64,000 nucleotides of DNA, taken from assembly GCA_965237415.1 (NCBI GenBank), contig CBDEFM010000002.1:2688001-2752000 (forward strand), read 5' to 3'. Under the pieces are notes generated by a model. The model was not told where the DNA came from. It searched no databases and was given only the letters and a program-made list of their open reading frames with translations. Origin of the DNA: Alphaproteobacteria bacterium. Lineage in GTDB: Bacteria > Pseudomonadota > Alphaproteobacteria > UBA828. Positions 9,488 through 18,768 of this stretch are shown piece after piece. Each line of letters starts with the position of its first letter. The first letter of the stretch is position 1. A program made the translations under genes and the position numbers.

Positions 9488-9546
9488 CAATATCTTAAAC
9501 GCCTCTTCGAGTAGCCGCCTCAGTGTGTACGGTGTATAAATCAGGC

Positions 9547-11043
9547 ATGGCCACGCGCGTCCCCCTTGAAGAAGCAACAACCGAGACGCCGGGCTACCGC
9601 TCGCCGCCCAGCAACCTCGAGGCCGAACAGGCGCTCCTCGGCGCGCTGCTGGTCAACAACGAGGCCGCCAGCCTGGTGAGCGCCTTCCTGCTGCCGGAAC
9701 ATTTCTTTCTGCCGGTGCATGGCCGCATCTACGACGCCATCCTCCGCATGATCGAACGCGGGCAGATCGCCAACCCCGTGACCCTCAAGCACTATTTCGA
9801 GCGGGACGAGGCGCTGGAGGAAGCCGGCGGTGGGCGGTATCTGGCGCGGCTTGCGGGCTCCGCCGTGACGGTGATCAACGCCGAGCACTATGGGCGCGCG
9901 ATCCACGACCTGGCGATGCGCCGCGCGCTGGTCTCCATCGGCGAAGAGGTGGTGAACGACGCCTACGACGGGCCGCTCGATCAGCCCGCGTCGGACCAGA
10001 TCGAGGAGGCCGAACACCGGCTCTATCAGCTCGCCGAAGACGGCCGCGTCGACCCCGGCGGGCAGCAGTTCGCCGCGCCCCTCGCCAGCGCCGTGGAGAT
10101 GATCGAGCAGGCCTACAAGCGCGACAGGCCGCTCACCGGCGCGCCGACCGGCTTCGTCGATCTCGACCGCCTGCTGGGCGGGCTGCACGCCTCCGACCTG
10201 ATCATCCTGGCCGGCCGCCCCGGCATGGGGAAGACGGCGCTCGCGACCAATATCGCCTTCAACGCCGCAACGCGCTTCAGCGCCGGCGGCGAGGGGCCGG
10301 ACGGCGCAGGACCGCCCGACGGCGCCAAGGTCGCGTTCTTCTCGCTCGAAATGTCGGCCGAGCAGCTCGCGACGAGGATCCTCGCCGAGCAGACCGAAAT
10401 CTCGTCGGACAGGCTGCGGCGCGGCGAGGTGCGCGATACGGATTTCGACCGGATTGTCCGGGCCTGCCGAACGATGGAGGATCTGCCGCTCTTCATCGAC
10501 GATTCGCCCGCGCTCACCATCGCGGGCCTTCGCGCCCGGTCCCGCCGACTCAAGCGGCGCCACGGCGTCTCGATGATCGTCGTCGACTATCTGCAGCTCA
10601 TGCGGCCGACCACCAGCATGCGGCTCAACAACCGCGTCCAGGAAGTCTCGGAGGTGACGCAAGGCCTCAAGGCGCTCGCCAAGGATCTCGATTTGCCGGT
10701 GCTGGCGCTGGCGCAGCTCAGCCGCGCCGTCGAGCAGCGCGACGACAAGCGGCCGCAGCTCGCGGACTTGCGGGAATCGGGCTCCATCGAGCAGGACGCG
10801 GACGTGGTCATGTTCATCTACCGCGAGCAGTACTACCTTGCGCGCAAGGAGCCCGAGGAGGGCACCGCCGACCACGCCGAGTGGCAGGAGAAGATGGACA
10901 AGGTCCACAACAAGGCCGAGGTCATCATCGCCAAGCAGCGCCACGGCCCGATCGGCAAGGTGGAGCTCTACTTCAACGCCCTGCTGACCAAATTCGACAA
11001 CCTCGACAAGATCCACGAGCCGGCGGACGATCCTCCATTCTGA
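9547..11043 (+). CDS. dnaB: Replicative DNA helicase
   Basis: EAEQALLG, Walker A GRPGMGKT, FFSLEM, VDYLQLM, LRESGSIEQDAD, KQRHGP. ATG 9547 preferred as start; no intein seen. Confidence 0.97.
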   Translation: MATRVPLEEATTETPGYRSPPSNLEAEQALLGALLVNNEAASLVSAFLLPEHFFLPVHGRIYDAILRMIERGQIANPVTLKHYFERDEALEEAGGGRYLARLAGSAVTVINAEHYGRAIHDLAMRRALVSIGEEVVNDAYDGPLDQPASDQIEEAEHRLYQLAEDGRVDPGGQQFAAPLASAVEMIEQAYKRDRPLTGAPTGFVDLDRLLGGLHASDLIILAGRPGMGKTALATNIAFNAATRFSAGGEGPDGAGPPDGAKVAFFSLEMSAEQLATRILAEQTEISSDRLRRGEVRDTDFDRIVRACRTMEDLPLFIDDSPALTIAGLRARSRRLKRRHGVSMIVVDYLQLMRPTTSMRLNNRVQEVSEVTQGLKALAKDLDLPVLALAQLSRAVEQRDDKRPQLADLRESGSIEQDADVVMFIYREQYYLARKEPEEGTADHAEWQEKMDKVHNKAEVIIAKQRHGPIGKVELYFNALLTKFDNLDKIHEPADDPPF

Positions 11044-11188
11044 GGACAGCACCCCGGCCAGGCAGAAGAAAGCCGTTCGGACTCACCGCGTTTACGGCGG
11101 CCGAGCCGTTGACTACAGTTCCCCGCGCTTGGCGCCGAGTCGGGGCCTGGACGGATCGGCCCGTAGGCGTCATCGACGGGAACGCTGC

Positions 11189-11968
11189 GTGAAGAGCAAT
11201 CCGCTGCAGGCGATCGGCCATGGCGTCCTGGCACTGTTCGGGGCCATCGGCCGCCTCTCCCTCTTCGCGATGGAGGCGACCTCGCACTGCGCGAGGCCGC
11301 CGTTCTACCCGCGGTTCCTGCTGCGCCAGATGGTCGAGATCGGCTTCTATTCCCTGCCGGTGGTCGGGCTGACCGGCCTCTTCGCCGGCATGGTGCTGGC
11401 GCTGCAAAGCCATACCGGGTTCTCCCGATTCTCGGCCGAGAGCACGATTCCGACCGTTGTGGTGCTCTCGATCACCCGCGAGCTCGGGCCGGTGCTGGCA
11501 GGTCTCATGGTTGCCGGCCGGGTCGGCGCCGCAATGGCGGCCGAACTCGGCACCATGCGGGTCACCGAGCAGATCGACGCGCTCACCACGCTGTCGACCA
11601 ATCCGTACAAGTACCTGATCGTGCCGCGCCTCGTCGCCGGCTTTTTCATGCTGCCGTTCCTCGTCCTGGTTGCCGATATCATCGGCGTCTTCGGCGGCTA
11701 TCTGGTCGGCGTCTACAAGCTCGGCTTTAACCCGGATGCCTACATCACCAACACCCTCGAATATCTGGAGACGATGGACGTGGTCTCCGGCCTCGTCAAA
11801 GCCGCCGTCTTCGGATACCTGATCGCGCTGATGGGCTGCTACCACGGCTTTTATTCGAAGGGTGGCGCCCAGGGCGTGGGCAAGGCCACCACCAATGCCG
11901 TCGTGACCGGCGCGATTCTGGTGCTGATCTTCAACTACATCATCACGGAGGCGTTCTTCGCCCGATGA
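11189..11968 (+). CDS. mlaE: MlaE-family ABC permease
   Basis: RELGPVL, AGRVGAAMAAELGTMRVTEQIDAL, GGAQGVGKATT; GTG start at 11189. Confidence 0.93.
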   Translation: MKSNPLQAIGHGVLALFGAIGRLSLFAMEATSHCARPPFYPRFLLRQMVEIGFYSLPVVGLTGLFAGMVLALQSHTGFSRFSAESTIPTVVVLSITRELGPVLAGLMVAGRVGAAMAAELGTMRVTEQIDALTTLSTNPYKYLIVPRLVAGFFMLPFLVLVADIIGVFGGYLVGVYKLGFNPDAYITNTLEYLETMDVVSGLVKAAVFGYLIALMGCYHGFYSKGGAQGVGKATTNAVVTGAILVLIFNYIITEAFFAR

Positions 11969-12780
11969 GTGAGCCCGCGAAAGACCGCGCCGGCCAGGGC
12001 GCGAACGAACCCAAGATCGCCCTTCGCGGCGTGCGCAAGGCGTTCAACGGCACGGTCGTGCTCGACGGCCTCGACCTCGAGGTCGGGACCGGGGAATCGG
12101 TCGTTGTCATCGGCTGTTCGGGCGTCGGCAAGTCGGTCATGCTCAAGTGCCTGCTCGGCCTGCTGCGCCCCGATGCGGGCAGTGTGACGATCGACGGCGA
12201 GGAGCTCGCCGGCAACCGCACGGCGCGCGAGGCCGCCATGCGCAAGATCGGCATGCTGTTCCAGAACTCAGCGCTCTTCGACAGCCTGCCGGTGTGGGAG
12301 AACGTCGCGTTTGGGCTGATCCAGGCGCACGGTACGCCGCGCCGCGAAGCGCGGGAAATCGCCATCGAGACCCTCGCCCAGGTGGGTCTCGGTGAGGATT
12401 CGGCCGATCTCTATCCGGCCGCGCTTTCGGGCGGTATGCGCAAGCGCGTCGGCCTCGCCCGCGCGATTGCGACCCGGCCCGAGATCATCCTCTTCGATGA
12501 GCCGACGACCGGGCTCGATCCGATCATGGCCGATGTCATCAACGATCTTATCGTCGCGTGCACCCACGAGCTCGGCGCGACCGCGCTCACCATCACCCAC
12601 GACATGAGAAGCGCGCGCAAGATCGCCGACCGCTTCGCCATGATTCATGACGGCACGATCATCTGGCAGGGCCCAGCCGACGAGATCGACAGCAGCGGGA
12701 ATGCCTATGTTGAGCAGTTCATCAACGGCCGGGCGGAGGGGCCAATTCGGCTTCCGGTCGCCGATATCGCGCCGGGCTGA
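11965..12780 (+). CDS. mlaF: MlaF-family ABC ATPase
   Basis: GCSGVGKS, LSGGMRKRVGLARA, DEPTTGLDP; ATGA overlap with mlaE. Confidence 0.92.
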   Translation: MSEPAKDRAGQGANEPKIALRGVRKAFNGTVVLDGLDLEVGTGESVVVIGCSGVGKSVMLKCLLGLLRPDAGSVTIDGEELAGNRTAREAAMRKIGMLFQNSALFDSLPVWENVAFGLIQAHGTPRREAREIAIETLAQVGLGEDSADLYPAALSGGMRKRVGLARAIATRPEIILFDEPTTGLDPIMADVINDLIVACTHELGATALTITHDMRSARKIADRFAMIHDGTIIWQGPADEIDSSGNAYVEQFINGRAEGPIRLPVADIAPG

Positions 12781-12823
12781 GCGCCGCCGTCCGGTCGCGT
12801 CGCTGACAGGCTGACGGGGACCC

Positions 12824-14206
12824 GTGGCAAAGGCGGAGAAACGCCATGTGTGCAGCGCCTGCGGTGCCACGCGGACGCGCTGGGCCGGCCGCTGCGACGC
12901 CTGCGGGGCCTGGAACAGCATCTCCGAAGAGGTGCCGCGCGCCGCACCGCCGCGCGGTCTCGGGGGGGCCAAGGGCCGGGTTATCGATTTCCTGCCTCTC
13001 GACGGGCCGGGCGGCGTGCTCGCCAGGCGGCCCTGCGGTATCGGCGAGATCGACAGGGTCGTGGGCGGCGGCTTCGTGCCGGGATCGGTCGTCCTGCTCG
13101 CGGGCGATCCGGGCATCGGCAAATCGACGCTGCTGCTGCAGGCCGCCGCCGCTTTGGCCGGGCGCGGCGGGCGGATCGCCTACATATCGGGCGAGGAGAG
13201 CCTGGAGCAGATCCGTATGCGCGCCGCCCGGCTCGGTCTCGCCGGTGCGCCGGTAGGGCTCGCCGCGGCCATCGACGTCCGCGATATCGCGACGAGCGTG
13301 GAGGAGGGGACGCCGCCCGACATGGTGGTGATCGATTCCATCCAGACCATGTATCTCGACACCCTGGATTCGGCGCCGGGGACGGTCGCCCAGGTGCGGG
13401 GTTCAGCCCAGGAGCTGATCCGTCTCGCCAAGCGCACCGGCACGGTGCTCGTGCTCGTCGGCCACGTCACCAAGGAGGGGCAGATCGCGGGCCCCCGCGT
13501 GCTCGAGCACATGGTCGATTGCGTGCTCTACTTCGAGGGCGAGCGCGGCCATCAGTTCCGCATCGTGCGCGCCATCAAGAACCGCTTCGGGCCGACCGAC
13601 GAGATCGGCGTGTTCGAGATGACCGACCGCGGCCTCGTGGAAATACCCAATCCCTCCAGCCTGTTCGTCGATCCCGAACGGGGGCCGGTGCCGGGTGCTG
13701 CGGTCTTCGCCGGGGTCGAGGGCTCGCGGCCGGTCCTGGTCGAGATTCAGGCCCTGGTGGCACCGGGGCCGGGGGGCTCGCCGCGGCGCACCGTGGTGGG
13801 GTGGGATGCCGGGCGGCTCGCCATGGTGCTCGCGGTGCTGGAGGCCCGCGCAGGGCTCCGGCTCAGCGTCTGCGACGTCTACCTCAACGTCGCAGGCGGC
13901 TTCCGCATTACCGAGCCCGCTGCCGACCTCGCGGTCGCCGCCGCGCTCGCGTCATCGGCCGCGGATCGGGCGCTCGACCACGGCGCAGTCATCTTCGGCG
14001 AGGTCGGCCTCGCCGGCGAGGTCCGGCCCGTGAGCCAGGGCGAGGCCAGGCTCAAGGAGGCCGCGAAGCTCGGCTTTACCCATGCGCTTGCGCCGGTGCC
14101 GGACCGTGCCCAGGGAGGCGAGGCGGAGGGCCAGGGGATCGCGGTGCGGCGGCTCACCCATGTGCGCGACCTGGTGGCGCTCTTTCCCCCGCAGACGCGC
14201 CCATAG
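12824..14206 (+). CDS. radA: DNA repair protein RadA/Sms
   Basis: Zn finger CSAC..CDAC, GDPGIGKS, KNRFG, Lon-like C-terminus. Confidence 0.97.
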   Translation: MAKAEKRHVCSACGATRTRWAGRCDACGAWNSISEEVPRAAPPRGLGGAKGRVIDFLPLDGPGGVLARRPCGIGEIDRVVGGGFVPGSVVLLAGDPGIGKSTLLLQAAAALAGRGGRIAYISGEESLEQIRMRAARLGLAGAPVGLAAAIDVRDIATSVEEGTPPDMVVIDSIQTMYLDTLDSAPGTVAQVRGSAQELIRLAKRTGTVLVLVGHVTKEGQIAGPRVLEHMVDCVLYFEGERGHQFRIVRAIKNRFGPTDEIGVFEMTDRGLVEIPNPSSLFVDPERGPVPGAAVFAGVEGSRPVLVEIQALVAPGPGGSPRRTVVGWDAGRLAMVLAVLEARAGLRLSVCDVYLNVAGGFRITEPAADLAVAAALASSAADRALDHGAVIFGEVGLAGEVRPVSQGEARLKEAAKLGFTHALAPVPDRAQGGEAEGQGIAVRRLTHVRDLVALFPPQTRP

Positions 14207-14224
14207 CCCGATGATCGCGAGCGA

Positions 14225-14887
14225 ATGGAAGACCTGCCGGTCAATCTGATCGACATCCTGGTGGCGCTGATCATCGTCATCTCGGCGCTGCTCGCCTTCG
14301 GGCGGGGAGCCGCGCGCGAGGTACTCGGCATCGGCGCCTGGGTCGGCTCGGGCGTCGCCACCTTCTTCGCCTTCCCACATGCCAGGCCCATCGCCCGCGA
14401 TCTCATCCCGTCCTCCATGCTGATCGCTGACGTGGTCGCGGGCGTCGCGGTCTTCGTCGTCGTGCTGGTGATTCTCACGATCATCAACCAGATGATCTCT
14501 GGCCGCATCCAGCGAAGCCGGGGCGGGGCGCTGGACCGCACGCTGGGTTTCATCTTCGGTATCCTGCGCGGCGCGGCGCTGGTCTGCATCGCCTACATGC
14601 TGTTCGGTTCGGTCGTGCAGCAGAGCGATTGGCCGCCCTGGGTCGACGAAGCCAGGACCTTGCCCTATATCAAGCAGGGCGTAGCGGCGTTGCGCGAAGT
14701 GGTTCCCGAAGAAGTCGCCGAGGAAGGAACCAAGCACATCGAAGAGACCTTCGAGGATGGCCGGGAGCGAAGCGTGAAGGAGCTCACCGAGCCGGTGCCG
14801 GCCGAGCGCCGCGAAGAGGCCGGCGAGACCGGCTACAGCGACCGCGAGCGAAACCAGCTCGACGGGCTGAGCGAGAGCGTCGAGTGA
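14225..14887 (+). CDS. cvpA: CvpA family membrane protein
   Basis: Hydrophobic helices, LDRTLGFIFGILRG; lies between radA and purF. Confidence 0.9.
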   Translation: MEDLPVNLIDILVALIIVISALLAFGRGAAREVLGIGAWVGSGVATFFAFPHARPIARDLIPSSMLIADVVAGVAVFVVVLVILTIINQMISGRIQRSRGGALDRTLGFIFGILRGAALVCIAYMLFGSVVQQSDWPPWVDEARTLPYIKQGVAALREVVPEEVAEEGTKHIEETFEDGRERSVKELTEPVPAERREEAGETGYSDRERNQLDGLSESVE

Positions 14888-16377
14888 TGGCGGTATCCGG
14901 GGCAGACGTGGCGGCCAACATCGGTGCCGGGGGCATCGCGCCCGACGACGACAAGCTGCGGGAGGAGTGCGGGGTCTTCGGCATCTTCGGGCACCCCGAC
15001 GCTGCCGCCCACGCGGCACTAGGCCTGCATGCGCTGCAGCACCGGGGGCAGGAATCGGCCGGCATCGTCAGCACCGACGGCACGCTCTTCCATTCGCACA
15101 GGGCGCTCGGTCGGGTCGGCGATATTTTCTCCTCGAGCGAGGTGATCGACGCGCTCACGGGGCCATCGGCCATCGGCCACAACCGCTATTCCACGCAGGG
15201 CGCGCCCGAAGTGCGCAACATCCAGCCGCTCTTCGCCGACCTCGCCCTCGGCGGGCTCAGCATCGCGCACAACGGCAACCTCACCAACGCGCTCTCGCTT
15301 CGCGCCGCTCTCGTCTCGCGCGGCTGCATCTTCCATTCCACATCCGATACCGAGGTCATGGTCCACCTGATCGCCATCAGCCGGCGCGCACGCCTGGTGG
15401 AGCGCATGATCGAGGCGCTGGGCCGGGTGCGCGGCGCTTATTCGCTGGTGGCGCTGACGAAAGATTCGCTCATCGGCGTGCGCGACCCCCACGGCGTGCG
15501 CCCGCTGGTGCTGGGCCAGCTCGACGGGGCGATGATCCTGGCGTCGGAGACGGTGGCGTTCGACATCATCGGCGCCCGCTTCGTGCGCGATATCGAGCCG
15601 GGCGAGATGGTCATCGTCACCGACAGAGGGGTTGAGAGCATCAAGCCGTTCAGCCCCGTCGCGAAGCGCTTCTGCATTTTCGAATACATCTACTTCGCGA
15701 GGCCGGACAGCGTGTCCGAGGGGATCGGCGTCTACGAAGCGCGGCGCCGCATCGGAGCCGAGCTTGCCCGCGAGGCGCCGGCTCCGGCTGACGTGGTGGT
15801 GCCGGTGCCGGATTCCGGCGTGCCAGCCGCAATCGGCTTCGCCGCCGAGGCGGGTCTTCCCTTCGAGCTAGGCATCATCCGCAACCACTATGTCGGGCGC
15901 ACCTTCATCGAGCCGACCGACCGGATCAGGCATCTCGGCGTCAAGCTCAAGCACAACGCCAACCGCCGCCTCATCGAAGGCAGGCGGATCGTGCTCGTCG
16001 ACGACAGCATCGTGCGCGGCACCACGTCGACCAAGATCGTGGAGATGGTGCGCTCGGCAGGCGCCAAGACGGTCCACATGCGGATCGCGAGTCCGCCAAC
16101 GGCCCATTCCTGCTTCTACGGTGTCGATACGCCGGCCCGCGAGGCGCTCCTCGCCGCGCGTCACGACGTGGACGCCATGGCGCGCTCCATCGGTGTCGAC
16201 AGCCTCAAGTTCCTCACCATCGACGGCCTCTACCGGGCCATGGGCGAGCCAGGCCGCGATCCGGAGCGCCCACGCTACTGCGACGCCTGTTTCTCCGGCG
16301 ACTACCCGATCCCACTATCGGATCAACAGTTTGGCGAGCCGCCGGCGCAGCTCTCCCTGCTGACGGAATCGGGATAG
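14887..16377 (+). CDS. purF: Amidophosphoribosyltransferase
   Basis: EECGVFG, LQHRGQESAG, HNGNL, VDDSIVRGTTS; ATG at 14887. Confidence 0.97.
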   Translation: MAVSGADVAANIGAGGIAPDDDKLREECGVFGIFGHPDAAAHAALGLHALQHRGQESAGIVSTDGTLFHSHRALGRVGDIFSSSEVIDALTGPSAIGHNRYSTQGAPEVRNIQPLFADLALGGLSIAHNGNLTNALSLRAALVSRGCIFHSTSDTEVMVHLIAISRRARLVERMIEALGRVRGAYSLVALTKDSLIGVRDPHGVRPLVLGQLDGAMILASETVAFDIIGARFVRDIEPGEMVIVTDRGVESIKPFSPVAKRFCIFEYIYFARPDSVSEGIGVYEARRRIGAELAREAPAPADVVVPVPDSGVPAAIGFAAEAGLPFELGIIRNHYVGRTFIEPTDRIRHLGVKLKHNANRRLIEGRRIVLVDDSIVRGTTSTKIVEMVRSAGAKTVHMRIASPPTAHSCFYGVDTPAREALLAARHDVDAMARSIGVDSLKFLTIDGLYRAMGEPGRDPERPRYCDACFSGDYPIPLSDQQFGEPPAQLSLLTESG

Positions 16378-16385
16378 GCGGCGCC

Positions 16386-17099
16386 GTGGCGCCGCCGCGT
16401 CTTGAAGGCCGGATTGCGCTCGTGACCGGCGCCTCGCGCGGCATCGGCGCGGCCGTCGCCCGCCGCTTCGCCGCCGAGGGCGCGAGGCTCATGCTCGTCG
16501 CCCGCACCACCGGCGGCCTGGAGGAGGTCGATGACGCCGTGCAGTGCGCATCGGGCGAGCCCGCGACGCTGGTGCCGATGGACCTTCGCGACGGCGAGCA
16601 GATCGACCGGCTGGGCGGCGCGCTCGCCGAGCGTTTCGGCCGCCTCGACATCCTCGTCGCCAACGCAGGCATGTTGGGCCAGCTGAGCCCGGTCGGGCAC
16701 TACGCCCCCGACGATTGGGAAGAGACGCTCGCGCTCAACCTCGGCGCCAACTGGCGCCTGATCCGGAGCCTCGATCCCCTGCTGCGGGCCTCGCCGGCGG
16801 GCCGGGCAATCTTCGTGACCGCTGCCGCGGCGGAGGCCGCGCCCGCCTTCTGGGGCCCCTACGCGGCGAGCAAGGCGGGGCTGGAGGCGCTGGTCCGCTG
16901 CTATGCGGCCGAAGTCCGCCGCAGCACGCTCCGGGTCAACCTGCTCGACCCCGGCCCGGTGGCGACGGAGCTCCGTCGGCGGGCCTATCCCGGCGAGGAT
17001 CCGAGCAAGCTGCCCGCACCGGACGCGGTGACCGACCCCTTCGTCGCACTCGCCGAAGCGTCGTGCACCGAGCATGGCGCGCGCATCGGCCCCGCCTGA
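16386..17099 (+). CDS. Short-chain dehydrogenase/reductase (YciK-like)
   Basis: TGASRGIG, NAG, YAASK; usual neighbour of purF in alphaproteobacteria. Confidence 0.9.
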   Translation: MAPPRLEGRIALVTGASRGIGAAVARRFAAEGARLMLVARTTGGLEEVDDAVQCASGEPATLVPMDLRDGEQIDRLGGALAERFGRLDILVANAGMLGQLSPVGHYAPDDWEETLALNLGANWRLIRSLDPLLRASPAGRAIFVTAAAAEAAPAFWGPYAASKAGLEALVRCYAAEVRRSTLRVNLLDPGPVATELRRRAYPGEDPSKLPAPDAVTDPFVALAEASCTEHGARIGPA

Positions 17100-17140
17100 A
17101 CTCACCCCGTCCGCAACTGAGACCAACGGAGCATCGAGCC

Positions 17141-18067
17141 ATGAAGATCGGAATCGTCGGCGCCGGCGCTATGGGCTGCGTCTATGCGGCGCTCATGGCC
17201 GATGCCGGCAACGAGGTCTGGGCCATCGACACCTGGCAGGCGCATGTCGACGCGATTTCCGCCAATGGGCTCCGGCTCGAGGGCGCGAGCGGCGATCGCA
17301 CGGTGGCGCTGGGCGCCACCACCGACTCCGCCGCGGTCGGCCCCTGCGACCTCGTCATCATCGCGACCAAAGCAGCGCAGGTGGAGGCGGCGGCGACCGG
17401 TGCCCGTGCCCTGCTCGGGCCTGAGGCGGCGGTGCTGACAATCCAGAACGGCCTCGGCAGTGCCGCGAAGGTCGCCGGCGTCCTGGGGCAGGAGCGCGTG
17501 ATCATCGGCGTGGTCGGGGGCTTCGGCGCCTCGATCAAGGCGCCGGGCCACGCCCACCACAACGGCATGGAGCTGGTGCGGCTCGGCGAGGCGAGCGGCG
17601 CGGTGACGCCCCGGCTCGAGCGTATCGCCGCGCTCTGGCAGGACGCGGGCTTCACGGTCAAGTGCTTCGACGATATCGACCAGCTCGTCTGGGAGAAGCT
17701 TATCTGCAACGTCTGCTACAGCGGCACGGCGACGCTCACGGGGCTCACCGTGGGCGAGATCATGGCGGATACGGACGCCTGGCCCATCGCCTGCGGCTGC
17801 GCCGCCGAGGCCTATCGGGTCGCTCGCGCCAAGGGCATCCGGCTCGATTTCGACGACCCCGTGGCTTACGTGCGGGACTTCGGCGCCAAGATCCCCGGCG
17901 CACGCCCCTCGATGCTGCTGGACCACCTCGCTGGCCGCCGCTCGGAGATCGACGCGATCAACGGCGCGATCCCGCCTGAAGCGCTGGCACTCGGCCTGGA
18001 GGCGCCCTACAACAGCCTTGTTTCGGCGCTGGTCCGAGCCAAGGAGACAGGCTTCGACAGGCCATAG
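17141..18067 (+). CDS. Ketopantoate reductase (PanE/ApbA) family protein
   Basis: MKIGIVGAGAMG, QNGLG, WEKL, SMLLD..RRSEIDAING; ATG at 17141. Confidence 0.88.
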   Translation: MKIGIVGAGAMGCVYAALMADAGNEVWAIDTWQAHVDAISANGLRLEGASGDRTVALGATTDSAAVGPCDLVIIATKAAQVEAAATGARALLGPEAAVLTIQNGLGSAAKVAGVLGQERVIIGVVGGFGASIKAPGHAHHNGMELVRLGEASGAVTPRLERIAALWQDAGFTVKCFDDIDQLVWEKLICNVCYSGTATLTGLTVGEIMADTDAWPIACGCAAEAYRVARAKGIRLDFDDPVAYVRDFGAKIPGARPSMLLDHLAGRRSEIDAINGAIPPEALALGLEAPYNSLVSALVRAKETGFDRP

Positions 18068-18081
18068 CAACAGGAGCGATC

Positions 18082-18768
18082 ATGACCGCCGCTGACCTCA
18101 GGGAGTTGGTCGAGGGCTACCGGCGCCTCTCCACCGCGAACGTCTCGGACGGTCTCGACCGGGCCGGGATCGCGGGCGCGCCGCACGGCATCGGCCCGCT
18201 CTGGGACAGTTGCCACAAGATCGTCGGCCCCGCCGCGACGCTGAAGCTCGTGCCGGTGGGCGAAGCCGACGAATCGCCTGTACTCGGCACGCTGGAGGCG
18301 GTCAAGCGGGGCAATCCCGGCGACGTTCTGGTGATCGACCAGGGCGGCCGGATGGACGTGAACAGCTATGGCGGCGTGGCCGGCTTCACGACCCGGCATT
18401 TCGGCCTCGTCGGCACCGTGATCGACGGCGTAACCCGCGACATCGACGAGTACAAGGCGCTGAACCTGCCGGTCTATGGCCGGGGCTTCATCCAGCAGTC
18501 GATTCGCAACCGTTGCGCCTGCGCCGGCTACGGCATCCCCGTGAGGCTCGGCGGCGTGCCGGTGGACCCCGGCGACATCATCGTTGCTGACGAGAACGGG
18601 GTCTGCGTCGTGCCCCGCGCCAGCGCTACCGAGGTGTTGGAGCACGCGACGCTCTTCAAGAACATCGAGGAAGGCATCATCGAGGCGGTGCGCCAGGGCG
18701 TGGACCCGGTCGAGGCCCATGACCGGGTGCGCTACGACATGATGACGAAGGCGGGCGCCGGCACATGA
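18082..18768 (+). CDS. RraA/HMG-aldolase family protein
   Basis: STANVSDGL, GPAAT, PGDVLVID, IDGVTRD, PGDIIVADENGV. Confidence 0.88.
   Translation: MTAADLRELVEGYRRLSTANVSDGLDRAGIAGAPHGIGPLWDSCHKIVGPAATLKLVPVGEADESPVLGTLEAVKRGNPGDVLVIDQGGRMDVNSYGGVAGFTTRHFGLVGTVIDGVTRDIDEYKALNLPVYGRGFIQQSIRNRCACAGYGIPVRLGGVPVDPGDIIVADENGVCVVPRASATEVLEHATLFKNIEEGIIEAVRQGVDPVEAHDRVRYDMMTKAGAGT

Noticed and set aside
9230-9546. Calling this gap oriC
   Set aside because: No perfect TTATCCACA box, no extended AT unwinding element, and no typical origin-flanking genes; kept only as a regulatory cluster.
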